A stretch of DNA of 51,366 nucleotides, counting the filler, from Jimgerdemannia flammicorona (Eukaryota), in assembly GCA_003990765.1 (NCBI GenBank). It is 2 parts of 2 records of this genome, joined end to end, with 100 filler letters (N's around TTAATTAATTAA, not from the genome) between each part and the next. Parts side by side here need not be neighbours in the genome. Positions count along the whole stretch, not along the records: positions 1 to 25,634 come from RBNJ01000808.1; 1 more part is not named here. The stretch is one strand, 5' to 3'. The position numbers and the translations under genes were made by a program. Shown here piece after piece: positions 11,521 through 23,510 of this stretch. Within the stretch, counting starts at the first letter, position 1. The number at the start of each line of letters is the position of its first letter. The notes beneath the pieces were generated by a model. The model did no database searches. It was given only the letters and a program-made list of their open reading frames with translations, and was not told the origin of the DNA.

Positions 11521-14500
11521 ATGATAGGTATAGGTGGTTCAGTGGTCTGGTTTGGGAATAGCTCGTCATCATTTTCATTATATTGCTTGAGATGTTGAAC
11601 ATTAAAGACTGGATAGACCTTAATGGTGTCTGGTAGCACTAATTTATAGGAGGTCAGAGAGACTTGTGCAATGACTTCAAATGGTCCAATGAACTTACTG
11701 TTCAGCTTTATAGATAGTCTGTGCTTGAGGTTGTCAACTCGGTATCCTCGGATGTCCAGTAGAACTTTTTCTCCAATATCAAAGGTTTCTTCTCGGCAGT
11801 GTTGGTTAACATACTGTGACTGTTGTTCTTGAGCACAATAAATTCTTGATTGCGATCTGGCTTAAGTTTCGTATTTGCAGTAGGAATTCTTCAACAGCTT
11901 CGACTGTAGAGGGTTCCTCAGTGGTTTGGATAAGTGTCAGAGGGGTGTTTGGGTTTTGTCCTATATTGGTGAAGAATGGGGTCATTCCAAGAGAGGCTTG
12001 CTTGCTATTGTTATAGGCAAACTTGACTGCAGTGAGGTGTTCATGCCAATCATCTTGTCTGTAGGAAACATAGTTCTTTAGCATTTGTTCTAGAGTTCGG
12101 TTCATTCTTTCAGTTTGGCCATCAGTTTCAAGATGAAAGGCTGTGGATAGTGCGAGTTTCATTCCAAGGTATACATGGAGGGCTTTCTAAAAATGGCTGG
12201 TGAATTTCAGGTCTCGGTCACTAATAATGATCTTAGGAAGACCATAATAGTAGAAGATGTTGTCAAACAAGAGTGTAGCTATGTCTGGTGCTGTTGCGGT
12301 GGTAGTAGTTGGTACAAAGTGGGCTTGTTTGCTGAGATAGTCCACAAAGACAACAATTGCATCTTTCCTATTCTTGGTTCAGAGTAGTTGTACAATGAAG
12401 TCTATAGAGATTTGTTCCCAATTAGCAGATAGTACTGGAATTGGGTAGAGTAGACCAGGTTTTGCTAGTGTTGAGGACTTGTTCCATTGGCAGACATCAC
12501 AGGAAGTGATATGTATAGGTCTTTAGCTGATCTGTCATGCAAGGCCAAAAGAAGTTTCAGGAGATAACTTCATAGCATTTATCAAATCCTAAATTTCTGG
12601 CTATAGGGGCATTATGATATTCAAATAGGATAGTCCTTCGGAGGTCTCAGTTGTTTGGAACATACAATCTATCCTTATAGTAGATAGCATTGTCCTTCAG
12701 TTGGATTGGTTGTACTAGGTATGCTTGTCAGTATCATCATCATTCAGAATTTCTCAGAGTACTTGAGCTTCCTTATTATCAGCACATACTGTGATAATTT
12801 GTTCCATGATAGAGTTTGTAACCAGGGTGAGAGTTTGGATAACTTCTTTGATTGGTGGTCTGGAGATTGCATTGGCAATAATATTTTCCTTATCTGGGCG
12901 ATACTGGATTTCATAGTCAAAGTTGGTGAGGACTTTCATCTATCTGGCTTGCTTTCAAGAAAGGGTAGCCTGGGTCTTGATGTTGACTAATGACTTGTGG
13001 TCAGTCAATATGGTGAAGTGTGCTTCTTCTAAGTATGGTCACCATTTGATCAGAGTGTCTATGATAGCTAGTATTTCCTTTTCATAGATTGCATAGTTGA
13101 TTTTAGCATCATTGAACTTGCAAGAGTAATAGGCCACAGAGTGTCCTTCTTATATGAGCACTGCTCCAAGGGCTAGATCAGAGGCATCAGTAGTAACTTC
13201 ATATGGCAGGGCAGGGTTTTCCACTTGAAGTACTGAAGTGGTTACCAAGGCATCCTTCAGTACTTGAAAGGCAGTATCTTGCTCAGGTCTCCAATTTACA
13301 AGATTGTTGAAGTCTTTCTCTTGTTTCATGGTCCAGGGCTGTTCTTCTTTCTTGTTGTGCTTGGTCATTTGGGTAAGAGCAGTAGTGATTTTGGTAAAGT
13401 TGGCAATAAATTGCCTATAATAGTTTGCTAATCTCAGGAATAACTGGAGGTCTTTCAGCTTCTTGGGTCTGGGCCAATCTTTGATTGCAGAGATTTTGCT
13501 GGAGTCCACTTTGATTCTATTTAGTGTAACAATGTATCCAAGGAATTGAATTTCTTTCAGGAGAAATTCACATTTGCTGAGTTTTGCAAAGAGTTGGTTT
13601 TTTTGGAGTTTCAGTAGTACTAGTTCAAGGTGTTCAAGATGTTCCTCCAGGGTTTTGCTGAAGACTAGGATGTCGTCAATATAGACAATAATGAATTTGT
13701 CCAGGTATGGGTGCAGGATGGTGTTCATTAGTATCTGAAAGGTTGCAGGAGCATTAGTTAAGCCAAAGGGTATAACCAGGAACTTGAAGTATCTATAGTG
13801 GGTTCAGAAGGCTGTCTTGTAAATGTCTTCTTCTTTCATGGTAATTTGCCAGTAACTATTTCAAAGGTCAAAAGAGCTCATGAACTGTGGGTTGGTAAGC
13901 CTATCAAATATTTCATCGATTCTGTGCAGTGGGCAACAGTTCTTGATGGTCTGTTCATTGAGGTCACAATAATCAATATACATTTATAGGTCTCCTCCTT
14001 TCTTTACAACAAAGAGGACTGGTGCATTATAGGGTGATACACTGGGTCTGATGAATCCTTGTTCTAGGAGTTTGTCGATTTCTTTCTTGAGTACATTGAT
14101 TTCTCTTGGCGATATGTGGTAGATTGATTTGAAGGCTGGCTTGGCATCTGGGATGGTCTTGATTGCATGGTCTACTGCTCGTTTAGGAGGTAGGCCTTTT
14201 GGAAGCTTCTTTGGAAATATGTCTCGGAATTTCTAGAGTAGTGGTCTGACATAGCTGTCAACTTTGGAAAAGTCTTCTTCAGAGTTCTCAGGTTCTCTTT
14301 TGGATGGGCAGATGGAGATAGCAAAGAGAGGGTATTTCTTGGCCAATTTCTTGAGCTGTAGCTTGTTGATGTGGGTGATCTTTAGTCCAGGGTCACTAGA
14401 ACTGAGTGGATCCTTTTCACCTTGCAGTTTGAAGTTGTGGCATCCTTTCTTGATAGTTAGAGAATGGTTTACCCAATCGATCATGGGGTTTTCTTGTTTT

Positions 14501-14800
14501 AACCATGGAGTTCCAAGGATGATTTCATTGTCTGGAAGTGGTATGATCTGGAGGGTAATATGTACTCAGTAGTCACCAATTCGGAAGGGTAGATTGTGGA
14601 CTTCTTTACTAATAACATGGGAGATTCCATCAGCTGTGGCAACTGCTTGAGTTTGTTGTACTGGAGAGGTGAAGACCTTGAGTCTGTTGGCTGTTTCTTC
14701 ATTGATGAAGTTGCCTGAGGCACCACTGTTTATCATAATCTTGACAGGTGCTCAGTTGACAAAAGCTTGAAGTATAAGCAGTTTGTCTGATCCAATAGTG
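11520..14800 (-). pseudogene. Gypsy-1 pol: protease, RT, RNase H, integrase
   Basis: PR IMINSGASGNF (DSG decayed, ~14700-14740). RT VYIDDILVFS (~13680). RH TTDASD..LGAVL and ENIIANAISR. INT TAFHLETDGQTERMN, with a GPF motif near 11690. Confidence 0.95.
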
Positions 14801-14999
14801 GTGATTTCGGTTATAGGGGCTTTCCTTCTGTTGGTTCTTCTTTGAGCTAGTTTATTGACACAAGAGAAGCAATCATCAATCATTCAAGAAGAGTACATTC
14901 CAATACTATGGGGGCATTGGCCACTTGGTATATATCCATCTTCGATTTTCTTATAGAATTGTTCCTCTTTGTTCATAGTAGGTTGGGCTGAGGTCTTGT

Positions 15000-15411
15000 T
15001 TGATGAGCCAAATCCTTTGGATCCTTGGATGGTGGGCAGTAGTTCAGGGACTTCCTTGACTGTCAGAGTTGACTTGATTTTCTCAAATAGAATCTGGGCA
15101 ATGCAGAAACCAATGGGGATCTTGAAGAGTGTCCAACTGTGGTTTCGGATGAGGACAATAATTTCACCTGTGTAATCTTCGTCAATGACTCCTCCTTCTA
15201 CTGAGAGTCCTTTCAATGCTAGGCTGCTGCAACAGCATATTCTTCCAACATGTCCTTTAGGGATTTGGATACTGATTCCTGTATAGACTTGCTTAATTTC
15301 TCGGTTGGAAACTGTAGTTTCTTCAGCTACATACAGGTCATATCTAGCTGCCTTTTGACTTCCTTTGGTTGGGGCCTTGGCAGTTTGTCTTAACTTGACA
15401 AAGTTCAGTAT
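15000..15411 (-). pseudogene. dut: Trimeric dUTPase domain within the Gypsy-1 polyprotein
   Basis: Translation gives all five motifs: AARYDL (I), ICCCSSLA (II, RSG decayed), GGVIDEDYTGEI (III), FCIAQI (IV), QGSKGFGSS (V). It is in frame with the upstream zinc knuckle and the downstream protease. Confidence 0.93.
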
Positions 15412-16480
15412 TCTGGTGGTCAGGTTATTGAGGTGGTGCAGAGTAGTAACAGTTGCTCATGTTGCTGTTCAGGGTTTTTGGTTAGGACAGGCACTGGCCA
15501 TATGTCCTGTCTTTTGGCAATAGAAGCATGCTCCGCTTCTTTGAAGTTCATTTCTTTCTCCTTCAGTGAGTTTCTTGAAGGTACTCAGCTAGGTGGGTTC
15601 ATGATTTCTGGGTGTCCAAGAGGTGGATGTGGAGGGAGCTTGGGATGCTTCATGGGTTCTTCTTTCTTGGTCCAAGTCTTTTCCTTATTGTTGAATTGTC
15701 TTCAGGGCAGAATTGGTCCAGCTGTTAGGATTCGCTTGACCATAGTCTTGATTCTTGCTAGGCACCATTGTTGGTGATTACAACCAACTGGGCAGCCTTG
15801 TTCTTGGATTTTTCTAGTAAGCCATTCAGGTAGGGCATCAAATAAATGGTCTGCTCTTATTCCATTTCGTGTTTCGTCATTGGCAATATATCCTAGGCCA
15901 ACAGTGTTCAGGAGTGACTCGAGTTTTGTACAGAAGGTTTCAAATTCTTCTTTGCCATATATATCGAATTTGAGATTATGAAGTTTGACTCAAGATTTGG
16001 CAATCATGGTTTTGCTGCAGTATTGAGCAATCATGAGTTATTTGAGTCCAGGGGCTGCAGGATGGGCTCCATATCCTGGGGCATTGTTTGCTGCATTTTG
16101 GGCAACCACTGCAGGTCGGGTATCCCATGTGAGGGGTTTTTTAGGAAGAGTTTGCCACTATTCTTTGGCAAGTCCTCAGAAGAATGTAACAACTCAGCAG
16201 ACATAGGCCATAGTGGTAGCAAAGAGTTGTTCCAGAGTATGGTCTTAATTGTTTGTCAGAAAGTGATCAGCAACTTGCTCATTGGTCTATTGATTGGCTT
16301 CGAAGTTGGTATCAACTACACTAATGAAGCTTTGGACTTCTTGTGCAGTACCATTGAAGGTAGGTAGGCTCAGATTTTTGATAGGTTGGGTCTGTTTGGC
16401 TAAGGCAGTAATGGTTGCTGCCATTATTGCTACCTGAGCTGTAAGGTCTAGAATCTGTTAGTTTACCATGTTGTTTACTA
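15412..16480 (-). pseudogene. Gypsy-1 gag with CCHC zinc knuckle
   Basis: CFYCQKTGHMASAC at 15487-15528, preceded by a decayed gag-like frame. The N-terminal boundary is uncertain and may extend to ~17.3 kb. Confidence 0.75.
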
Positions 16481-17406
16481 GAGGCAGTTAGACTGCTGGT
16501 AGTGGTGTTACTGGTACTACTTGTGATACTAGTGCAGAGTGTGATGGGGTTCTTTGGGTCTGTGTAAGTTGCTGGAGTAATAGTTGTAGGTCTGGAGTAA
16601 GGGCTCGATAGATAGCTGTTTGTTGCTGTGTAGGTGTGTTCTGTCCTGATGGAGGTATATCTCCTTCGGTGGTATATCTGGGATCGAATTCACTGAGATA
16701 CTCCTCCTTTTCTTCGGTTTGGTCCCTATATAATTAGGTTTGCTCAGCATCAAAGTAGATAGAATCAGTTGTATATCTGATTTTGGATGGACTTAATTCA
16801 AAGTCAAGTTCTGGTTCAGTATTGGTTTTAGGTTCAGGTAGGGCTGTAGCTGGGCCTGCTTCAGGTTCAGGGTCAGAAGGGTTTCTCTCACTTCTTCCTT
16901 AAGAATATGGCAGGTCTTACTATTCTGGAATCAGTAGTATAATGTGGTCTTAGTCCTGGTGCGGTGAAAGTCGATAGAGTTGAGCCACTTGGCTACAGAG
17001 GCTTGGGCTTTGTGAGGAACTAAGGCTAGAAAGACTGCTGATGGTTGTCCTAGGTTACTTGGATTTAAGGAGCTGACAAAACTCTTGTTGAGAAGAGTAA
17101 AGAAGGCTTCAATAAGACCTTCTTCATCTTGACTTACTGGGTGTAGAGTAGGGAGTTCGGTGAATAGGGTTTCACCTATTTGCTGATTTAACTAGAGTAT
17201 TTCTTTCTTTAAATGAAGTTTGTCCCACTTGTTATAGGTGTGGAGGTCAAATTGTCCTTGTACATCAGGTTCAATTCTCTCCAGATTGTCAGATGGTTCA
17301 GGATAAATTCCAGTTCAGAGGTTGGGCTTTATACCAACTTGTAGGAATTCACAGAGGGGTTTGTAGTGGGGTGAGGAAGCATCTTGAAGCAGAATTGGAT
17401 TGTAAA

Positions 17407-17418
17407 CCACTGCTACCA
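17407..17418 (-). promoter_or_regulatory. Primer-binding site of Gypsy-1, initiator-tRNA-Met-like
   Basis: TGGTAGCAGTGG lies 3 nt inside the 5' LTR end. TGGTAGC is the usual complement of the eukaryotic tRNAiMet 3' end. Confidence 0.8.
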
Positions 17419-17421
17419 AGT

Positions 17422-18933
17422 TGTAAGAGGGTTGCTTTTTAGGGTAACTGTTACGTAGTTCTGGAAGGGTTTTCTGGAAGTTCTGGATATTCTGGAAGAC
17501 TGTTTTCTTATGGTCAAGATCAATTTCATATAGAGTACATCCTCTATGCTTATTGATTTCAAGATCAGGTTGATATCTCAACTAAAGTCCTTTTTCAGAC
17601 TTGTTCTGGATGTTCAGGATTTTTCATATTTTAGGAAGTTCAAGAAACTAAGACCAGCTTAGTTGAATTGGTGTATCGCTGCAGACAATATCTAATTAGG
17701 AAACTTCGTGATAAGGTTAGGAGTGGGATCTAATGAGGAGCAGATTTACTTAAGAGTAGTTTGTAGGTTATTAAATAGGTTTATTCGCTATTCATAATAT
17801 TACTATACTAGGAGTAGTTGTGTAAAGGGATATTATGGAGAAGTGCTCAGGAGTTGTGTTTGAATGATTCAAGTATTCAAGTCTGTTCAAGTCTGAGATT
17901 CTGAGGTCTGGAGGAGGGGATATTTATACTAGTGAGGGGCTATCTGGACTATGCTAAATATGGATGTAGCACTTAGTGCCTTGCTGAGTCAGAATACAGT
18001 CACATCATACAAGAGTGGTCTGATATGTCAAGAGATCATCTGACTGCTGAGTCAGTTCACAGTTACATCATATAAGGCTAATCTAACTATACTATGACTG
18101 CTAAGCTATTTATAGATTTAGATGCTGTCTGGTTAGTCTTTGATGATATCACTATTGATGACATTATCTCTGGCAAAGTCTGAGCAGTTTTCTGACTTCT
18201 GACATCATCAGTTTTAAGGTGTCATTACTTCTACCTCTTGCAAGATTAAGGCTGTCCTTGGTGCAGGGGTTATACAAGAATAACAGGTCTTGGTTTTCTT
18301 TTTTTTTTGGCCTGCTGGTGTATTTGCAAGGACTGGCCATCCTTGTCTAGGGCAAGGGCTCCCAATGTCATGGCTGGGGGTTCGAACCTCTCGGAAATAA
18401 TATTTTCTATAATCTGAGGCAATTTCTAGTAGTAATATCTGTCATATGGATGGCTTGAGATTGGTTTTGATGATGTTGGCTTTCTTGAGTTCAGATGAAG
18501 CATCCGTCACTTTCCAACAGAGGTGACACAGATAGAGCGAACAGAGTTATTCAAATGTGTTTTGCTTCTGCTAAGTAATGAGGTCTTCTATAGTTGCAGT
18601 GTATCTTGGTCTTGAGTTTGATAAGTGCAGTTCATGAACTCTTGATGGATGAGATAGGGTCCTTTTTGTCTTGGTTTAAGTTTGGTACTTTTGGTTTCCT
18701 TTTTGTAATAGTACAGTATACCAAATTAGTTATAGAGGTTTAGAGTCGGTCTTGTAGTTATAGTACTTCTTCTGGTATTCTTGTATCTTGGTAGTAGGTT
18801 CTCATATTTGCTGGTGTATTTTGTGTAACCAGATAATCTCTTCAGTAACTTGTTTTGTAGTCTCACATATGGTTTCCAAATTGGTTCTGAGGATGACATG
18901 TGATTTTGGTGGCTTAGAGGTTGTACACTTACA
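17422..18933 (-). repeat. Gypsy-1 5' LTR (1512 bp)
   Basis: TGTAAG...CTTACA termini, direct repeat of 9398-10910, adjacent to the PBS. Confidence 0.95.
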
Positions 18934-20285
18934 GTAGAGGAGTCCTCCCATATCTCCTCCCAAATCTCAAGTGAACTATCAGCATATGGATCATTGCCAG
19001 TCGCCTCCCTGTTCTTGCCAGTCCTCTTCTCAGCACTCCTACTACCCTCGCCTGCCCAGATACTTGCTTTGGCCCCCTCTGTGTCCACCATTCTACTCAT
19101 ATCCTTTGGAGACCTGCCTGCCATCTTCACCAGCAGTTCCTTCTGTCTCTTACATCCCTGATCTCATTCTCACTACTCCTTGTTCACTCGAATCTACCTC
19201 CCATCCACCACCTCCAAGTGCGTCACCTCCTCAAAGGCCTTCCAAGCCTTCGCCTGCCACTCCACTGTACTACTCAACTCCTTCAGTACTTCCAATAAGT
19301 CCTCTTCCTCCTCCTCACTCCCCTTCACCCTTGTCACCTTGTACAAGATTGCCCCCCAGACCATCTCCAAAGGCCAGTTCCTTGCCTTCCCAGTGGCCTC
19401 TTTCCCTGCCAACTGAATCCTCACATCCACATCCCCAGTCCTGAGCAAGGTCCCCTCCCAGACTCTGAATCTAATATCCACCACCTCTCCATACTCTGCC
19501 ATGACCTCCTCAACTCTCCTTCTTGTCTCCACCACCATCACTGTGGGCACCCCTTTCATCAGTAATTGGACCACCCTGGGATTCCATTTCAGGCAGCATG
19601 CCATCAGAACACATACCTCCCCAACTATCAATCCAACCTTCAGCACTTCCTCCAAAGGCTCAGCCTCCTCAAAGCCCACCTCCACTCCCTCCAGTCCCTT
19701 CAAAAACTTTACAGATGCTGCTCCAGCCACCTGCTTGGCAATCAGCCCCAGTACTATTTTCACCATCACTACTAGGCCCCGGAAGTACAGTGTCACCACG
19801 AATGCCAAGATCGATTTCTTGAGTAACGGTGTCACCACCAGGCCTGTTACACCATCTGTCAAATTTCCTTATCTTCCAAGCCCCAGTCACTCAGCCATGC
19901 CATCCACAGTTACATCTGGATTTTTTTTCAGATTAGCAGTCCTGTCTTCATCAGCCATCATGCCCCCCCCAGCCACTACACCTCCAGCCCTACCACCCTT
20001 TCTACCAAGGGCTACTCCCCCTTGTACTGCTGCCTTCTCTGTTTCCTTGTCTTTTCTCAGCCAACCCTCCAGCCCCGATGTCTGCCTTCTCTCCTTTACC
20101 ATCTCTGCAAAGCTTGCCCTCCCAGATCCCTGTCCTCTACTACCGCCTCCTCACCTTCCGTGTCTACCTGCCAGCAGCCCCCTCATATCACCTCCCAGGC
20201 CAGGGCCTCTCCCTACCTACTGCCAGTCGAATGTGCTTGGGCCACTCTGTTCAGTACACACCTCAGTTTGCCAGTCAGTCACCAT
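18934..20285 (-). pseudogene. LINE B ORF1, N-terminal part (Gly/Arg-rich N-terminus + RRM-like domain)
   Basis: ORFs 19887-20102, 19194-19862 and 18934-19130. WNPRVVQLLMKGVP..EYGEVVDIRFRVWEGT..RTGDVDVRI is shared with the ORF1s of LINEs A and D. Confidence 0.85.
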
Positions 20286-20385
20286 GTCACTAGTCTCTTT
20301 TCTCTAAAAACAATATTGTAGTTGCTTTCCAAAGGTCATGTAACCCAAGTGGTACTGGAGAGGGAGCTGCCTCCACAAGTTCCTC

Positions 20386-21556
20386 AAGTACTGCCTGATA
20401 TCAGTCATCAGCAGTTATCACCAGAGGTCTAGAGGTGGCAGGCCTCAGGGTCCTACTCAGCTCTCTCTATCTACTAACATATCAGAGATCATGTCCACCA
20501 GATCATCCTTCTCAGCATCCTTCTCCAGCCACACCACCTCACCTGCCTCTGGATATTCCCAATGAATATTTGCTGCTTCTGCTATGTGAACATCCTCCAA
20601 CTGGATCTCAGACACTACCTCAGCAATATCCTCAAAACCCCCTTCACCTACCTCCTCCTTATCAGCCCACTTCCCCTTCACCAGTGTATGAGCTGAGTTC
20701 TCCACATCTACTAGTTGTGAAAAGGACACCTCAGCCATCTCTATCTTCTCCATCTGACTCTTGGCTATCTCTGCCCTCACTTCTTCTTCTATTTTGGTAC
20801 CCTGGAGGACCATCTGCAGGCACTCTCAGTTTGTCCTTTACTATCTCTTCCTCCTTCCATCTGTTGCAATCCAGATCCAGTCCTTGGTGAACTCCTCCTA
20901 TCTTCTCTTTTGCAGTTCCTTTGCAGCCTCTCTCTCCTCCAGAGTAAGTAATAATTCCTCCTCCTCCTGTTCAGATCCTTTCCTTCTCCATACCTTTATA
21001 CTCTTGTTCTTCAACACAAATCACCTCTAGCCAGTCCCTTCCTAGCCCCATGGCCTCCTTGCCCTCCAGCCTCACTATAATCTCACAGTTGCTATTCCTC
21101 AGCTTCATTCCCTCCCAAAACATAAATCTGAAGTCAACCATCTCACCAAAGCCTACCAGTGCCTCTGCCACTATCTCCTTAGTCTCCTGTCTCTCAAGAG
21201 TCAGCAGCCCTTCAACCACCAGATGTATAGCACATGGATTCCACCTCAGATACCTCATTATTCCAACCTTGATGCTCTTGACTACCAACTCTTTCTCCAG
21301 GGCCTTCATCATCTCCTCCTCCTCTATAAAGCCAATCTCCACTATCTCTGCTAATGGAATAAACTTCAGAGACTCTGCACCAGCAATCTCCTCACCCACC
21401 AGCCACAAAACCTCTCTGGCAGACAAACCCAGTCTCAGAAAATTCGCTGAGATCACCTATATTGATACCAATTTGTGGAAAAAAGGATACACCACTAGTT
21501 CTCCAAAGCCAGCTACCATCATTGCCTTCCCCTTACCTCCTGAGACACTAAGCATT
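20386..21556 (-). mobile_element. LINE A, 5' part (ORF1), truncated at ~21556
   Basis: Resumes right after the second TSD copy. ORF 20971-21456 (WNPCAIHLVVEGL..FGEMVDFRFMFWEGM) is an ORF1 paralogue of LINEs B and D. Confidence 0.85.
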
Positions 21557-22460
21557 TTTCAGTAATTAATTCTTATAATGTTATCCCTCAAACTAAGGAG
21601 TGACCTGGCTATTAACTTAATGATGCAGTTCTTTGCAGAGTATCTATTGTTCAATACTAATGGTTCACAAAAATAAGACTAATAACTGGAATAATCAATT
21701 AATAGCAGATGGTACAGAGATGAACAATATCTTCAAAAATCAGATGATAGTCTATATAGTGGTTTGTTTGTTATTTTTTTTAGGTGGTAGTCCATATAGC
21801 AATTTATTCATCTTCTTCAAAATTAGGTAGCAATGGTCTATACAGTGGTCTATATGTTGTTTTCTTTGGGCAGTAGTCCATACAGCAGTCTGTTTACATA
21901 GCAGTTTATTCAGTATTTTTTAGTAATTAATTCTTATAATGTTGTCCCTCAAACTAAGGAGTGACCTGGCTATTAACTCAATGATATAGTCCTTTATAGA
22001 GCATCTATTGTTCAATACCAATAGTTCACAGAAATGAGACTGACAACTGAAATAACTAATTAACAGCAGATGGTGCAGAGATGAACAATGTCTTCAAAAA
22101 TCAGATGATGGTCTGTATAGCAGTTTGTTCATCTTCTTTAAAATTGAGTAGCAATTGTCTATATAGTAGCCTATATATTGTTTTCTTTGGATATCTATAT
22201 AGCAGTTCATTTGTATGGTAGTTTATTTGGTATATTCCATGATTAATTCTTGTAATATTGTCTCTTGAACTAAGGAGTGATCTGGTTATTAACTCAATAA
22301 TACAGTTCTTGCAGAGTATCTATTATTTAATACTGATAGTTCACAGAAATGAGACTGACAACCAGAACAACTAATTAACAGCAGATGGTATAGAGATGAA
22401 TACTATATATAATAATCTATACAGTGATCTATATATCTTCAAAATTGAGTAGTAATAGTT
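21556..22460. repeat. Tandem array of ~3 diverged 320-360-bp units, probably the internal leader of a decayed LTR element
   Basis: The unit anchor ATTAATTCTT(A/G)TAAT..AACTAAGGAGTGA(C/T)CTGG recurs near 21564, 21925 and 22243. Lies directly inside the PBS/LTR at 22510-22928. Confidence 0.85.
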
Positions 22461-22521
22461 GTTCATTTTTTAGCTTAAAAGTGAGGATTCATTTTGAATT
22501 ACCAACCAATAGACACCAAGT

Positions 22522-22928
22522 TGTAATGTAGTAGACATGGGTCTTAGTAAGTTGGTAGAATTCTGGATTTCATATAAAAGGGGAGAGAAAGGATATATAA
22601 AGAAGACTTTTTTGACTGAGCTGAACTGACTGAGGTTTATTCACTCTAAAATACTGAGTTATTTATACAGATTTGTGTACTAATTCTACTACTAAATATA
22701 AGGCTAAGTAATAAGTTATTTTATGTAAAATTTCAAGTAGAATTCCATCTATATCTCAGATAGAATCTCATATGAAATCCTATCTAAAGTTTATAAACAT
22801 AACAATAGTTTCACTAATAATGTTTTAGATATAAAGATAATTTCTACATTATAATAAAACAGGAAATTAGATTCAGATACCATAATCAAATGTCTATTTT
22901 CTATTTCTATTTCATACTATATATCATA
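22522..22928 (-). repeat. LTR of a third LTR family (5' LTR with adjacent PBS-like TGGTGTCTATTGG)
   Basis: The + strand reads ACACCA-AGT-TGTAATG, the same geometry as the Gypsy-1 PBS/LTR. The minus strand has TATAAATAACTCAG..GAATAAACCTCAG (TATA + polyA signal). Homologous to 24433-24620 and 28088-28526. Confidence 0.7.
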
Positions 22929-23225
22929 TTATATAAGATTTTAAAAAAAGATCTGAAAATAAAAAAAAAGTCAAAAGAGTAGTTCTTAGTAAAGATAATA
23001 AATAAGATTTTATAATATTTTAAAGATTTTTATAATTAGCTAAAATAAGATACTTAGTACTGAGAAAAGATAGAAAAAGGCTAGAGAAAAGATATAAAAA
23101 TATACTATAACTAATCCAAGAGATTAAATATTATATATATATATAATTTAAACTTATACTGTTAGTTTTTAAAATAAACTAATAATAGAGTTGAATATTT
23201 TATTTTGATAAAACTATCTCTTAAA

Positions 23226-23510
23226 TAGTACTCAGAATAAATTGAATTAAATTAAATTTATCTCCAATTTAATTCAAAGTCTAATTCAAATCTAATTTTT
23301 TAAAATTTAATAACTTGACCAAAATATATCCAAATTTAATGAATTTTAGCTTATTAAATATACCTTATGATGGAAAATCTAATATAATATAGAATATTAA
23401 ATTTGTATATATTTTTATTAAGTTATTATATTTTGAATTTGAGATAAATATTTTAAATCAAATTAGACCCCAATTTAATTCAATTTGAATAACTTTTAAT
23501 TTAATTTAAT
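23226..23510 (+). mobile_element. Second, 3'-truncated copy of the hAT-like MITE
   Basis: TAGTACTCAGAATAAATTGAATT.. aligns with 148-480 with an internal deletion. The right TIR was not found. Confidence 0.8.

Larger units (their letters stand above)
9398..18933 (-). mobile_element. Gypsy-1: complete Ty3/Gypsy chromovirus LTR retrotransposon carrying a dUTPase (degenerate copy)
   Basis: Two ~1.51-kb direct LTRs with TGTAAG...CTTACA termini. TSD GTAGG (9393-9397) / GTAGA (18934-18938). PBS and PPT present. Domain order gag(CCHC)-dUTPase-PR-RT-RH-INT-chromodomain. Confidence 0.96.
4929..20369 (-). mobile_element. LINE B, full-length (~5.9 kb without the nested Gypsy), inserted into LINE A ORF1
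   Basis: Poly-T 4929-4981. 16-bp TSD CCTCC(G/A)CAAGTTCCTC at 4913-4928 and 20370-20385 (one transition). Short 5'UTR, ORF1 starts near 20285, ORF2 spans 8689-5165. Confidence 0.93.

Noticed and set aside
21556..22460. Repeat array as a possible CRISPR or similar system
   Set aside because: Units are ~340-bp diverged tandem copies with no unique spacers and no cas genes, in a eukaryotic context.
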